Virus record (IMG/VR): IMGVR_UViG_3300014208_000052 | Location: 1 to 54,655 of that record | DNA length: 54,655 bases | DNA from: a virus | Lineage: Duplodnaviria; Caudoviricetes | Reading direction: 5' to 3' (one strand) | Part shown: one piece after another, positions 1 through 10,261 of the stretch | Layout of the letters: every line of letters starts with the position of its first letter | How positions within the stretch are numbered: position 1 is the first letter of the stretch | Translations under genes and position numbers: made by a program | The notes under the pieces: generated by a model | The model's database searches: none | Seen by the model: the letters and a program-made list of their open reading frames with translations, nothing else | What the model was told of the DNA's origin: nothing

Positions 1-179
1 GCAAGCTCGAATAGGCCAAGCTGTTCGCGGGCGTTGCTGGGCTGGGGAAGAATGAATGTGCCGGCCGAAGTCTGCGAAACGCCCGGCCCCATGATGGGCA
101 AGTGCGAAGCACGATCCAGCTCCGCAAGAAAGTCATGCGAAATGGTGCGGGAACCAGCGGCGGGGATTTCTCTACTCAA
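1..179 (-). CDS. Partial (runs off the window) putative tail protein
   Basis: Open frame from TTG at 179 overlapping the upstream stop (MSREIPAAGSRTISHDFLAELDR...GPGVSQTSAGTFILP); not in the ORF track; continues the structural operon. Confidence 0.45.
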   Translation of the reverse strand, partial: MSREIPAAGSRTISHDFLAELDRASHLPIMGPGVSQTSAGTFILPQPSNAREQLGLFEL

Positions 180-846
180 GAACCGCGTCCAATTTTACTT
201 CGAGCGTTGATGCCGTATCTGTGCCATAAAAATCCATGACAGTAATGCTTGCATCGAGCGGGGAGTCGGCTCCGGCAATAAGCGGCCAGATGTACGGCAC
301 GTCCAATGTAACGAACGTAGCCAACTCGACCACACTCCCCGCCGACATGAGAACACAGTAGCCGTTGTCGAGGGTGGTTGTTATCTGAAACATTTCCGTG
401 CCCGTGTCGGCCGGTAGCGTGATATTCGTGACTCGCTGCCCCACGCAAATGTACACCGTCGTACCGGCCGTGGTCCCCGCCGTCGCTGCCGGAAGCACGT
501 CGCCCCCAGTTGCCTCAAACGTGATCGTGTTGGTGTCGGCAGCCGTAATCGTGCAACCGTAAGCAAACTTGTCCGTGACGCCATCGGTTGGATCAACCCA
601 GTACAGGCCGATAAAGTCTACGGCGGGCGTTGTGCCAACCGGGCCAGCAATGCCGTGGGCAGCAGCCGTGACAATGCCGTCTGTATCGTTGGTTCGCGTC
701 GTCAGTTCGCCTTGAATGGCAACGGGGCATGTGACATTGGGCGTCACGCGGGTAGTGCCCGTGAACGTCTGTGTAATCGCCACGGGCAAGCCCTGTTCGA
801 TAGACGATTGCGTTTGGATCAGTGCGGTAATCGCGCCAGTAGCCAT
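172..846 (-). CDS. Putative virion structural (tail-associated) protein
   Basis: 224 aa, T/A/G/V-rich beta-type composition, AGAAGG SD, position in structural operon. Confidence 0.55.
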   Translation of the reverse strand: MATGAITALIQTQSSIEQGLPVAITQTFTGTTRVTPNVTCPVAIQGELTTRTNDTDGIVTAAAHGIAGPVGTTPAVDFIGLYWVDPTDGVTDKFAYGCTITAADTNTITFEATGGDVLPAATAGTTAGTTVYICVGQRVTNITLPADTGTEMFQITTTLDNGYCVLMSAGSVVELATFVTLDVPYIWPLIAGADSPLDASITVMDFYGTDTASTLEVKLDAVLE

Positions 847-858
847 TGGTAAACCTTC

Positions 859-1635
859 TCAAAAGAGCCCTGAAAACGACGTCATAGCGTATTTCGTGAT
901 AGCTTGACCAGTCTTCGTAAACACGGGTGCCCATGTGCCGGTATAAGGCGACCATTCGTAGTTCCAGTTGCCATTCCTTACCAACACATGATGTGCAACA
1001 CCCAGCGTTGTCGTCCCGTCGTAGTCGAACGTGCCGGATATGCTTGACCCGACATACAGGCCGCAGAATGGATAAATCCACAACGGCAACATCTTCATGC
1101 GGTACACGTCCCAGTTGATGACGCCGGGATAGCCGACAATGCCGGGTACGTACTTTGCTCGCGGGTAATGCAAGACGTACTCAAACCCCGGCACGAACAT
1201 CGACGGGGTGGAGCCTAGCGGCATGTTTGTTCCGAAGTAGAGATTGCCGGCGTAGACATGCTGCATCTGGTTGTTCGGCTTGACTTCCTCGACAACGACG
1301 TGGGAGTTATCGTCGTAGCCTGCCGACTTGTATACCAACGTCAGAATGGCGTGTGTGTATACGGCTTGTGCTGTGCTGACAGTGCCGTGGGTGAGTATCG
1401 TTTCGTCTGGCTCGATAGCCAGCTTGATAATGTTGGATTTGGTGGGTAGCCCAGCAGCCACAAAATACGGATACAGGCCAGCGTCTGTCGTGTACAAAAA
1501 GAACTTCGCCCAGTTGTACCGATCCGCCCACGTCACTCGGCAGCGGCGGATAGCCTGGAATGCCATCGCCTTCAAGGATTCCTTGGGGTAGCTTTGCACT
1601 TCACCAATCGGAGATGTCGGCATGGGGAACGACAT
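859..1635 (-). CDS. Putative distal tail/hub-like protein
   Basis: Start reassigned to ATG 1635 (TAATG coupling with upstream stop); aromatic beta-rich 258 aa; function from position only. Confidence 0.5.
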   Translation of the reverse strand: MSFPMPTSPIGEVQSYPKESLKAMAFQAIRRCRVTWADRYNWAKFFLYTTDAGLYPYFVAAGLPTKSNIIKLAIEPDETILTHGTVSTAQAVYTHAILTLVYKSAGYDDNSHVVVEEVKPNNQMQHVYAGNLYFGTNMPLGSTPSMFVPGFEYVLHYPRAKYVPGIVGYPGVINWDVYRMKMLPLWIYPFCGLYVGSSISGTFDYDGTTTLGVAHHVLVRNGNWNYEWSPYTGTWAPVFTKTGQAITKYAMTSFSGLF

Positions 1636-2354
1636 TAAGTGACTACCTCCTGGGAACTTTCCTTGATGGCAGACAGGTAGCCGATTTGTACATTGAGTGC
1701 ATCTAGGATTTTCTGTAGCAGGTCCGAACCACCAGCACCCTCTAAGTCGGGCGGTGGATTGTCTGGGGTAAACCATTCCTGGTTGGTCGATGCCCGCTTG
1801 TCATCTTCGACCTTCGGCTTGCCGGGAATGTCGATGTTTCCGGGACCGTCTTGCGGCCTTCGCAATCCGTCGTCTGGCTTGACGGCGTTGTTGCGAATGT
1901 CCCGTCGCTGTTGAAGGGCCTCGCCTTGGGCCACGTTGTCGTGTACGGGGTTATCGCCTGCGACCTCGAATCGTTCTGGCTTTCCTTGTCGAGCCGCTCT
2001 AGCATTGGCTCGTGCTAACGCCGCTGCGTGGACTCTTCCGGCCGGGTCCATTTGGTCGAATCCGTGGCCTTGTGTATCTAGCGACGCGGCCACCGGCTTT
2101 TTCTCGGTTTCTTTTTCGTCCTTTGGCACCACACCGGGCGCACCGGCCCCGTGCTTTTCTGCCATTGCGACTGCATTGGCCTTCGCTCGATTCTGCTGTA
2201 GCTCATCGAGAATGGCTTGCAGTAGACGCACAATTTCGTCCTGCTTCTGGGGCACAGCAGGTGCGGCTTGCGGCGCAGCCTGTTTCGTTGCGTCGTCAAT
2301 CGCTGACTGCGTGATGTTGTTCAACGGCAATGGCAAGCCGGGATTGTCGGTCAT
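1635..2354 (-). CDS. Hypothetical protein (position of tail chaperone/tape measure)
   Basis: 239 aa, AAAGG SD; mostly disordered with two similar amphipathic helices LLQAILDEL / LLQKILDAL. Confidence 0.55.
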   Translation of the reverse strand: MTDNPGLPLPLNNITQSAIDDATKQAAPQAAPAVPQKQDEIVRLLQAILDELQQNRAKANAVAMAEKHGAGAPGVVPKDEKETEKKPVAASLDTQGHGFDQMDPAGRVHAAALARANARAARQGKPERFEVAGDNPVHDNVAQGEALQQRRDIRNNAVKPDDGLRRPQDGPGNIDIPGKPKVEDDKRASTNQEWFTPDNPPPDLEGAGGSDLLQKILDALNVQIGYLSAIKESSQEVVT

Positions 2355-2371
2355 GAGTCAATAACCTTTCG

Positions 2372-3181
2372 TTACGGCCACACCGTTGCGCCAGCGGGAT
2401 TGAGAATCGTTCCCACCGCTCCGGTGGCGGCTAATGCACACTTCTCAGCCGTAATGTCAATGCCCAGCACTTCGCGGGATTGTGGATCAAACACACCCTC
2501 AACACCTACAACGCGCCCGTAGGTTGCGTCCCAATGCAGGGCGTCTGTAACTTCCATTTGCATGGCACCCACCGCATTTAGCGCGGGGGCGTCCTCCATT
2601 CCGTCGATAGTCTTGCGGCACTCGAACCGCCAATCGAGATTGCCTGTGGGGCGGTCGTAGACGCCATTGCCGCAAGAGTCGATGAAGGGTTCGCCGTCAA
2701 CACGGAAAGACCACTTCATGGATTGGATGCATGTTTGGGCAGAGCCAGCCACCGTACAGGCCAAGCCCTTGACGTTGAAGATTTGGGCGGTGGCACCAGC
2801 GGTTGCGGCGCTAGCCGTAAGGTCTGTACCGCCAGCCCCAAAGTACACGATGTAGTACACACCGTTGCGGGCGCTGGGGTCGAACACGGGAACCACAATA
2901 TCAATCCCCGTGCAAAGCACATTAGCTGCCGTAAGGCCGCTTTCGGTTCCACCGCCCGTCAAGGTAAACGCCAGTGTAAAACGGTCGTTGCAAAACACAC
3001 TTGGCGTATGGCCCCAAGCCCAGTAGCTACCGACAAAATCGACGTTGCCTTCGGCACGCTCGGCTCCACCTTGGCCACCAGAATGGTAGATGGGGTTCGC
3101 TTTGACTGTGCGTTGGAATGCCAGTCGTCCACCAGTGGGAATGTTGTTAACTGCTACGTCTTTTCCTGTCCGCCTTATCAT
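2372..3181 (-). CDS. Putative tail tube-like protein
   Basis: 269 aa, GGCAGGAG SD, follows neck genes, beta-rich with two similar halves; function inferred. Confidence 0.45.
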   Translation of the reverse strand: MIRRTGKDVAVNNIPTGGRLAFQRTVKANPIYHSGGQGGAERAEGNVDFVGSYWAWGHTPSVFCNDRFTLAFTLTGGGTESGLTAANVLCTGIDIVVPVFDPSARNGVYYIVYFGAGGTDLTASAATAGATAQIFNVKGLACTVAGSAQTCIQSMKWSFRVDGEPFIDSCGNGVYDRPTGNLDWRFECRKTIDGMEDAPALNAVGAMQMEVTDALHWDATYGRVVGVEGVFDPQSREVLGIDITAEKCALAATGAVGTILNPAGATVWP

Positions 3182-3196
3182 TGCATTGCTCCTGCC

Positions 3197-3718
3197 TTAA
3201 TGTGCCTGTAGTTCTGTCGTTGAGAAGTTGAGCCGAACGGTTATTGCCCACACGGCAATCCACTGATCGGTGCCACGGTTGCGTTCTTTGTTGTCGTCGG
3301 TGTAGCCGCCGTCGTCGGCGTTCACGTCATACACGCACGCCGTACCGTTCCACGTCACCACGTCGCGGACGTAAGTACGCCAGTTCAGCATTGCCCGATA
3401 CACGGCCCACGTCGCCGCCATTGCTACGCTTTGATACTGCTGCCCCGTGCATATCTCGATGGCATACGTAGCGTCGAGGTAGGAGTTGGTACTGTCTTGC
3501 TCTGTAGCGGGCTTGGCCTTTACGAGCCGCACGCGGCAGATGGGATAATCGTTGGGGGCGGGCGTGTCTATTTCTGGATTCGGTGCGTAGACCAATGCCG
3601 TCGTGTAGCGAACCTGATGTACCGTGTCCGCAGGGAACATCGCCACAAAGTCGCTTTTAGCAACGAGCATTGCCCAGATGGCTTCGCTGGTGTCGTAAAA
3701 TGGATTGACGGCAGTCAT
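3197..3718 (-). CDS. Putative tail terminator/neck protein
   Basis: Start at 3718 (TAATG coupling); helix + YPxxRV + beta-strand pattern typical of tail-completion proteins; follows DUF1320 gene. Confidence 0.5.
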   Translation of the reverse strand: MTAVNPFYDTSEAIWAMLVAKSDFVAMFPADTVHQVRYTTALVYAPNPEIDTPAPNDYPICRVRLVKAKPATEQDSTNSYLDATYAIEICTGQQYQSVAMAATWAVYRAMLNWRTYVRDVVTWNGTACVYDVNADDGGYTDDNKERNRGTDQWIAVWAITVRLNFSTTELQAH

Positions 3719-4113
3719 TACGAGGCCAAATCCAGTACAATTTCTTGGTTGACGATCATCTTCAACTTCATAAGGGCGTCTTGATAATCGACCCACAATG
3801 GCGTAATGGGGTCGCCATCTTTGGTGTAGTCAGACACGCCACGCGGAACCGACAACTGATAGGCAGCAATCTTGCGGCAAATGTCCTTAATGGTGTCGGG
3901 CACCGTTCCCGTAATCGGCACAACAAACGAGAACTTGCTATTCCGTAAGTAATCGTCTATGAACGACGACGCATAAGTAATTGCGTCAGTTGTGCGTGCA
4001 GCGATGGCGGTGGCGTTGGCAGTTGGGCCAAGACCTTCCATATCGGCCCACTTTTGGCGGTTCCCAATGCCGTATCGGGCGTCGATGTCGGAGGAAGTGA
4101 CGTAGGTACTCAT
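3718..4113 (-). CDS. DUF1320 / Mu gp36-like head-tail adaptor
   Basis: YVTxxDIxARYG start, AIxxASxxIDxYL, P-VPxxIKDICxxIAxYxL, YxDAxxxLKxI motifs. Confidence 0.8.
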   Translation of the reverse strand: MSTYVTSSDIDARYGIGNRQKWADMEGLGPTANATAIAARTTDAITYASSFIDDYLRNSKFSFVVPITGTVPDTIKDICRKIAAYQLSVPRGVSDYTKDGDPITPLWVDYQDALMKLKMIVNQEIVLDLAS

Positions 4114-5285
4114 TCGTAGCCTCTCTGACTCTTGGGTGAATCAGCCAATCGGGCGTAACTCGGAGTGCTGTAGCCACACACGCGCCGCTGCGAGACGCGA
4201 GTGTCGGTACACTTGGCGAGGTCGAGCATAGATCGAAACGCTTGCTCATACTCAATCTTGTTTTTTACGTCCTTCTCGAACGCCAGATGCTTTTTGCACA
4301 GCGATAGGAATAACTGGTAGGCACCGACCTCGATGTCCATCGGGTCGCTGATGCTGTACTTCACGCCGTTGCGGGAAGTCTGAATAACGCCATCTAGCGT
4401 GATTGCCGTACTGCCCTCGACCGATGCGATAGACCGCTGTTCTTCGTAGGGCTGCGAGCCCTCCATGCCCGTGGGCTTTACACTGGCTGACGAACTGACG
4501 CGCAGAATTGCTCCCGCATGATTCGCCGTAAACGATGTGGTGACGCCCACTACTGATGCACTACTTGCCGTGACGGTGATCGTTCCGGCGTAGTCTGCTG
4601 CGTCGTGGCCGCTGTACCGCAACGAACGCGGGCGGCGTTTGTAGATGAAGTTCATTGGCTCCGTAGCATCGGAGTCGTAAGACAGGTAAATGCCCAGAGT
4701 GCCGTAGGCGTCCTGCAACGGCATGATCGTGTAGTAGCGGAAGTCGCCCGTGGTGTCGTAGTACGACTCATTCCACAGCATTTCGGACGGAGATACGTAG
4801 CTACCAAAGCTGTGCGTGCTGGATTCCAGCGGACCCCAGAAAGACACGAAATCATTAGGCAGCGGATACCAACGCTTGAACAGCTTGTACGTGGTTGATG
4901 CAACGTCTGCACCGGGGTTCATTACCGAGTCCAGGGTAATGACCGTATCGGACATCCTTGCGTCCACGTCGCACACAACGTCGTCGATGCGAACGGCAGC
5001 ATCTTCCGCCCAGTCCGGCCACACTCCATCAGTCAGGGTTAGCTGCCGTTCGTATGTGCCGCCCGTGTGGTCGTACACTGCCGTTCCGGTGGTGTACGGA
5101 GCTTGCAACATGATGCGGCCGTTGGTCTGCAACGATGTCCAATCATGGAGAGACGGGAACTCCTCGTATGCTGCCAGTATCGTGCGGCGAATAACGGCTT
5201 GATTCGCTGCACCCTGGCCACGCGATTGCAGCCAACCGTCAAGGGCGTCGATTACGTCGCTGTAGGTATGAATCTGAGGGTTCAA
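4110..5285 (-). CDS. Putative head-tail adaptor/neck protein with inserted beta domains
   Basis: TYSDVIDAL start, HDW, YPLPNDF, helical C-terminus; two GTxxVT beta inserts; just downstream of portal. Confidence 0.55.
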   Translation of the reverse strand: MNPQIHTYSDVIDALDGWLQSRGQGAANQAVIRRTILAAYEEFPSLHDWTSLQTNGRIMLQAPYTTGTAVYDHTGGTYERQLTLTDGVWPDWAEDAAVRIDDVVCDVDARMSDTVITLDSVMNPGADVASTTYKLFKRWYPLPNDFVSFWGPLESSTHSFGSYVSPSEMLWNESYYDTTGDFRYYTIMPLQDAYGTLGIYLSYDSDATEPMNFIYKRRPRSLRYSGHDAADYAGTITVTASSASVVGVTTSFTANHAGAILRVSSSASVKPTGMEGSQPYEEQRSIASVEGSTAITLDGVIQTSRNGVKYSISDPMDIEVGAYQLFLSLCKKHLAFEKDVKNKIEYEQAFRSMLDLAKCTDTRVSQRRVCGYSTPSYARLADSPKSQRGYE

Positions 5286-5875
5286 GCGACCACCTCATGC
5301 GGGACTAGCGGGGCATTGGTTGGGGTAATCTGTTCGCGGACGGTTTGGCGCAACTTCTGTCGCGTCTTGCCGTCAACAATTCCGCCGTGTTGCTTTTCAA
5401 TCGTCTCGTCAACTTTTCGTTCCACGATGTCGTCTGCCACGCGGTAGGGCCGCATTTCCGTGGCCATCGGGGGCTGCTGCACGTTGACGCAACTGCCCTT
5501 GACGTTGACGTTAGCAGCGTTGGCGGCACGCCTGATGTCCGACGTATCGCCTACCCACGCTTGCGGATCAAAGACGCGGCCTTGTCGGCACAGTGACGGC
5601 ATGAACACCTTGCCTGCCGTACTGACACCCGCTCGCTGGGCAATTGACTTGGCCATGCGACGGCCGCGTTCGTCTTTTGCGAACCCGTCATCCTCGCCAC
5701 GCTTTGAGAAAAAAGCTGTTTCGGTAAACAGTGTCGGGCAACTAAACAGCTTGGTCATCGGCGATTCGCACGCGATGCACCGCTTGCTGTCGCGGCTTGC
5801 TTCCATCTCCGCGATGGTTTCGCTGATTTCGCGTATCACACCGCATCCGGTGCATTTGTATTCGTAGTTTGGCAT
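5282..5875 (-). CDS. FmdB-family zinc-ribbon protein with C-terminal extension
   Basis: MPNYEYKCxxCG...RCxxCxxxMxKLFS signature. Confidence 0.8.
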   Translation of the reverse strand: MPNYEYKCTGCGVIREISETIAEMEASRDSKRCIACESPMTKLFSCPTLFTETAFFSKRGEDDGFAKDERGRRMAKSIAQRAGVSTAGKVFMPSLCRQGRVFDPQAWVGDTSDIRRAANAANVNVKGSCVNVQQPPMATEMRPYRVADDIVERKVDETIEKQHGGIVDGKTRQKLRQTVREQITPTNAPLVPHEVVA

Positions 5876-5878
5876 AAC

Positions 5879-8047
5879 TTACTTCTTTTGTGGGCGGTGT
5901 TGCTTGGATTGCTGGGCGGCTTTTGCTTGTGCCTTCGCTTGCTCCTGCTTCATCATCATGTCCTGCGCGTGAGCTTCGTCTCGGTGACGCATTTCCTGCT
6001 CATGTCTCGCGGCCTCCATCTGCTGCTGCTGCTGTGCCACTTGCATTTCCTGGTCACGCTGGGCAGCTTGCATGGCCATGTTCTGCTGCGTCTCTTGACC
6101 ACGCATCTCCATGTCTTGCTGTTGTGCGGCGGCAGCGGCTTCCTGCTCTGGATCGGGCGGTGGCGGTCCCTGTTGCTGCTGTTGGGGTTGCTGCTTCGGC
6201 AACATCAACTGGTTCATGGGAACAACGCCGTCCAGGGTCGTGTTCATCAAGGCCATCAGGGCGTTGTACGGCGTCGAATCGCCCGTCTGCTGGTAGAATT
6301 GCAGCATCGGTCCCAACAGCGTTTGGGTAATCTGGTTGGCGGCATCCGTCAGCGATTGCAGATTGCGACGGCGACCGCTACCGGCCTCAATGCTGAACAT
6401 CAACTCGGCCGTGGCGTCTCGCGGATCGTCGGTATGCACCAACTGCATCCATGCCATCGTCCGCTTGCCGTAGATGGGAACCGGCTGACCCTGTTCGTCA
6501 ATGGATGGTGCCTCTTGAATTGGTTCGCGGAACAGATTGCCCAATGTCTCGGGGCCAACATACAAGCGGGAGGCCACACCAATCTTGCGACCGATACGGC
6601 TCATCCATTCTTCCACGATGTCGGCAAAGTCGGATGGGCGGCTGGTGACGTGGTTCTCGCGGTTCTTCGCTTCGGTAGCCGAGCGGCTTTGGGCGGAACC
6701 GGACGAACCGTACAATAGCGGGTCCATACCCGTTTGCTTCTCGAACTCCCGCGATACCATGTCAATGACACGCCACAGGTCAGACTTCAACGGCTCGAAC
6801 TGGATGATGTTGATGTACTTTTTCAGCGACTCGTCATCCACCGGGTCGTCCATTAACAGCAGTTCGAGGTCGCCACCGTTGACTAGCCGGTCCTGTGCCT
6901 CTTGCGGCAACCGCTTCCAGGCCATCACCAACGCCCGTGTAGCGGCTCTGGTGCGTCCCATGAGAAATGAGTAGGCATGATCGAGGAAGCTCTGTAGGGG
7001 CAAGGCGGCTTCCAGGGGCGATGTAGCCCAAGGCGTATCAATCGACGGTATGAAGTCCAAGCACTCGACCGGCCACGGATTGGCGATGTCGTCGTGGAAC
7101 TCAAGCGGCCAGCGGCACCGCTCTTGTAACTGCTGTTCCCGGTCCTCGCCAGCAAACCACTTCGGATGTAGGTTGAGTGGATAGGGCACGCCGGGGCAGA
7201 TGCACAAGTAGACGTAATCGCCCAGTGCGTCTAAGTCTCGCTCTAATTCCTTGAGCGTTGAGTCGGCATAGAAACTCTTGTTGCCAACGCCCATTCTCGA
7301 CCAGCATTCGTAATACTCAACGATGTCCTCGGTTCGCTCGTTGCCTGTGTCGCCACGGGCCTTGCTGACTGACGCCGAGAAGTCCGTTTGCAGTTGGGCA
7401 GGCAAGTCCTCAACGGGGATGTCCCATTCACGTGCGACAGCCCACTTCGATCGACGCCGTTTACGCATGATGAATGCGGCATCCCGCATCTGCACGCAAT
7501 CGCTGTCGATCAGGAGGTTGTCAACAGAATCAAAAAAGCCTGCCGGGATGTCGCCGTTAGGTGATTCCGTCAACTCGAACCACACTACGCCCCTGCCCTT
7601 GACTAACGCTTCTTGGATGGCATTGCGAGTTTCCCAGAACAGATTGGTTTCACGCGGCACGTAGTTGACAAACCACTGTGCCAACGTGCAACGCAATTCG
7701 TCCTGGGCCTGTTGTTCTGGCGGGTCGATTCCCAACTCTTGCAGCAAGGGCGGCAATGCTGGTCGCCACGGCGAAACAAGGAAGTTTGGCACCTTGTTGT
7801 GGAGGTGGGGCGTGTACAGACTGACGAACTCACGCGACTTATTGAGACGAGTTCTGTACTGCGGAGGCGTGGGTATCTTGAATGGCTCATCCTCGGGGTT
7901 GTCGGGATCAATGTACAATTCCTTGTACGATTTCCCAATGAAGTCCCATGCACGCTGGGCCACCTTACCAAACTGACGATGTTTGGTTTTGTCAGCAGCC
8001 TTCGCCTGTTCTTCCCAGAACTTCACAACTGAGGCGAGCCATTCCAT
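5879..8047 (-). CDS. Portal protein
   Basis: 722 aa after terminase; ALVKGRGVVW, TGMDPLLYG, RSATEA motifs; Q-rich coiled-coil C-terminus as in P22-type portals. Confidence 0.8.
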   Translation of the reverse strand: MEWLASVVKFWEEQAKAADKTKHRQFGKVAQRAWDFIGKSYKELYIDPDNPEDEPFKIPTPPQYRTRLNKSREFVSLYTPHLHNKVPNFLVSPWRPALPPLLQELGIDPPEQQAQDELRCTLAQWFVNYVPRETNLFWETRNAIQEALVKGRGVVWFELTESPNGDIPAGFFDSVDNLLIDSDCVQMRDAAFIMRKRRRSKWAVAREWDIPVEDLPAQLQTDFSASVSKARGDTGNERTEDIVEYYECWSRMGVGNKSFYADSTLKELERDLDALGDYVYLCICPGVPYPLNLHPKWFAGEDREQQLQERCRWPLEFHDDIANPWPVECLDFIPSIDTPWATSPLEAALPLQSFLDHAYSFLMGRTRAATRALVMAWKRLPQEAQDRLVNGGDLELLLMDDPVDDESLKKYINIIQFEPLKSDLWRVIDMVSREFEKQTGMDPLLYGSSGSAQSRSATEAKNRENHVTSRPSDFADIVEEWMSRIGRKIGVASRLYVGPETLGNLFREPIQEAPSIDEQGQPVPIYGKRTMAWMQLVHTDDPRDATAELMFSIEAGSGRRRNLQSLTDAANQITQTLLGPMLQFYQQTGDSTPYNALMALMNTTLDGVVPMNQLMLPKQQPQQQQQGPPPPDPEQEAAAAAQQQDMEMRGQETQQNMAMQAAQRDQEMQVAQQQQQMEAARHEQEMRHRDEAHAQDMMMKQEQAKAQAKAAQQSKQHRPQKK

Positions 8048-8085
8048 ATGTCACTTCTTCTTTCGCTTGATCTTCGGAGGCATGG

Positions 8086-8526
8086 TTACGCCTGTATTGT
8101 CTTGGGCGGTCGTCCAGGGCCGCGTTTTTCGGGGATGGGTTCGTTCGCGCCTTGTTTACGGTCATTTAGCAACAGTGCTTCCAATCGCTCAACACGTTCT
8201 TTCAACGCGAACGCTTCTTCCTCGATGGGAGCCAGCTTGTACACGCCATTTGTGCCATCCCAAAAGTCTGCGGGGCGATTGGGAATGTTCGGGTCGTCGG
8301 CGTGGTAACAGTCGTCTCTTGGCTCGACGCTGATGCCGTGGCCGGGGAAGTAGAACGACACAAGCAAGCTCGCCATGCCGTTGTTCCCGTTGACGACAAT
8401 GTAGCCGGGCGAAGCATCGCGCCACGTCGGGTCTTTGGAAAACAAAACGCGGGTGTGGACGGGATAGCGGGGGGCCGTCCACTTGGAACCGTTGCGGCTT
8501 TGGTTCGGTGCGATAGCGGGAATCAT
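8086..8526 (-). CDS. Hypothetical protein with C-terminal AT-hook-like motif
   Basis: 146 aa, AGAGGA SD, ends KRGPGRPPK. Confidence 0.6.
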   Translation of the reverse strand: MIPAIAPNQSRNGSKWTAPRYPVHTRVLFSKDPTWRDASPGYIVVNGNNGMASLLVSFYFPGHGISVEPRDDCYHADDPNIPNRPADFWDGTNGVYKLAPIEEEAFALKERVERLEALLLNDRKQGANEPIPEKRGPGRPPKTIQA

Positions 8527-8548
8527 AAAATCCTCTTGGTTGGAGTGT

Positions 8549-10261
8549 TTAGCCGAGACATACGCCGGCTGTTAATCGCTTTTTGGACTTCTTCTGCTTC
8601 TCTTGGAACATGCGGTACACGGCGAGGTCTTTGTGTTCCGTCAGTTTTTCGGGTTCGCGGTAGGAAGGACTAAACGCGGCGGCGTACTCAAGGCACACCA
8701 ATGCGTCCTCTGTGCGTGACGCCCGCTTTTCCGTGCGAACGGTGCGGTCTGTCCGCTTAACCTGTTGCATCTGGGCGTGTCGAATCTGCTTGTCCAGGTC
8801 GGGGAAGCACCCCCGGACAACCTTGAGCTTGGATGTTCCACGCCACTCTCCGCTGTCGCGTGGCAGCATCCAGTCTTGGAGGGCGGCTTGGCGATAGGCA
8901 ATATCTGGGTTGCTGGCATAGAAACCGCTTCCGCCCATGTTGCCTTGCGTCTTGACGCGAACGCCGGCACGAATCAAGGCGTCCCACCACTGCTTGGCGG
9001 TTGTGACTTCGCCGCCATATCCGTGTTTGCAGCGGCCCGCCTGCTGATCCATAATGGCCGCCTCAAATAACACGTCGGGACATCGCTGGGCTACTTCACC
9101 TGCCCATTGTTGGATCGTGCAGTTTTTGACCGTAAAGCCGTTGTATACCCAAGCGTGTTGTTCAAATGGGTCAACGGCCACAAACAGAGCGGCGGCACAC
9201 GTCGAACCGGGATCGGCAAAGAGGTAGTGGGCACAGTTTGGGAGAATATCCCCCGGTTCGCATCCATGCACGCCCTGCGGATCGTACATCGAATAGACGT
9301 AGCGACCCTCGATGGCAGAGCGGCCGTAGTAGCGGACCTCCCGTTCCTGTTCGTTCATCGACTCAAAGAACGCTCGCCGTTCTGATGCTGGTACGTAGGG
9401 GTTCTGGTCGATGGTGAAGAAGAACGACTTGATGTGTTCGGCCCCTGCGTCGGATAGTTCGCGCAGTTCAATCAGCTTCATGTTGTCGGTTTGGGGAGTT
9501 GCAGACCAAATGCCCTTGGGTGCCCACTTCTCCGGTTCGTTCAACCCGACAAGGCCACGGTTGACTTCCTCGTAGAACTGGTCGTTCTGCATGTCCTCGT
9601 CGAGCCATCCAAGGTTGTAGTGGGCACCCTTCTGAGGATGACCATTGCCCGTGCGCCAAAGACTTTTCCATCCCGTGTGGAAGTTCACAACGCGGGGCAC
9701 GCCTTTGCCTGCATCTTCCATAGCAGGCTTGGCGTACATGCGCCTTGGGATCAGCGGTGGGGCTGGCTTCCACTTCTCGCGGTATGCGTCGTCGTAGTCG
9801 TCCAGTTGCGTCGGATCGTTGGGATGTGGCCGTACTGCACGCCAGAGCCGCGTCTGTTCGTCTTGGATGATGTAGAACGCGCCTTCCTCCGATATCGTGC
9901 GCCATTGCATTGCCAAATGGTCGGAGTCAGCGCCAACAACGATGGCATTGCCGCCGTTGCGCGGATACTTGTCGTAGGGGTCCATGCCTATCACGGCCCG
10001 ACTAAACTCGACTCCGCAACTTAAACTTTTTCCAGCACGATTAGAGCCGATAGCTAATCGCCATTTTGCACGGCTCTGGTGAAACTCCTCGGCGTGTGGA
10101 AGCGAGAGATACAGTCGCAACGCTTCCATGCGTAGCTGGTGCATCTTGACAAGCGTATTTCGGAACTCAGTACGATAATCTCGATGTCGGCGCGGATTGC
10201 TACCGGGCGGAAACAGTTGTTCCGCGTGCTGGCCCAGAAATGCGCGGAGGTCAACTGCCAT
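8549..10261 (-). CDS. terL: Terminase large subunit
   Basis: Walker A GSNRAGKS, Walker B LGWLDED, coupling motif SATP, DQNPYV, nuclease ADPG and C-terminal EDALVCLEY. Confidence 0.9.
   Translation of the reverse strand: MAVDLRAFLGQHAEQLFPPGSNPRRHRDYRTEFRNTLVKMHQLRMEALRLYLSLPHAEEFHQSRAKWRLAIGSNRAGKSLSCGVEFSRAVIGMDPYDKYPRNGGNAIVVGADSDHLAMQWRTISEEGAFYIIQDEQTRLWRAVRPHPNDPTQLDDYDDAYREKWKPAPPLIPRRMYAKPAMEDAGKGVPRVVNFHTGWKSLWRTGNGHPQKGAHYNLGWLDEDMQNDQFYEEVNRGLVGLNEPEKWAPKGIWSATPQTDNMKLIELRELSDAGAEHIKSFFFTIDQNPYVPASERRAFFESMNEQEREVRYYGRSAIEGRYVYSMYDPQGVHGCEPGDILPNCAHYLFADPGSTCAAALFVAVDPFEQHAWVYNGFTVKNCTIQQWAGEVAQRCPDVLFEAAIMDQQAGRCKHGYGGEVTTAKQWWDALIRAGVRVKTQGNMGGSGFYASNPDIAYRQAALQDWMLPRDSGEWRGTSKLKVVRGCFPDLDKQIRHAQMQQVKRTDRTVRTEKRASRTEDALVCLEYAAAFSPSYREPEKLTEHKDLAVYRMFQEKQKKSKKRLTAGVCLG

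Noticed and set aside
5888-6718. 276-aa Leu/His-rich plus-strand ORF
   Set aside because: Antisense of the Gln-rich portal C-terminus
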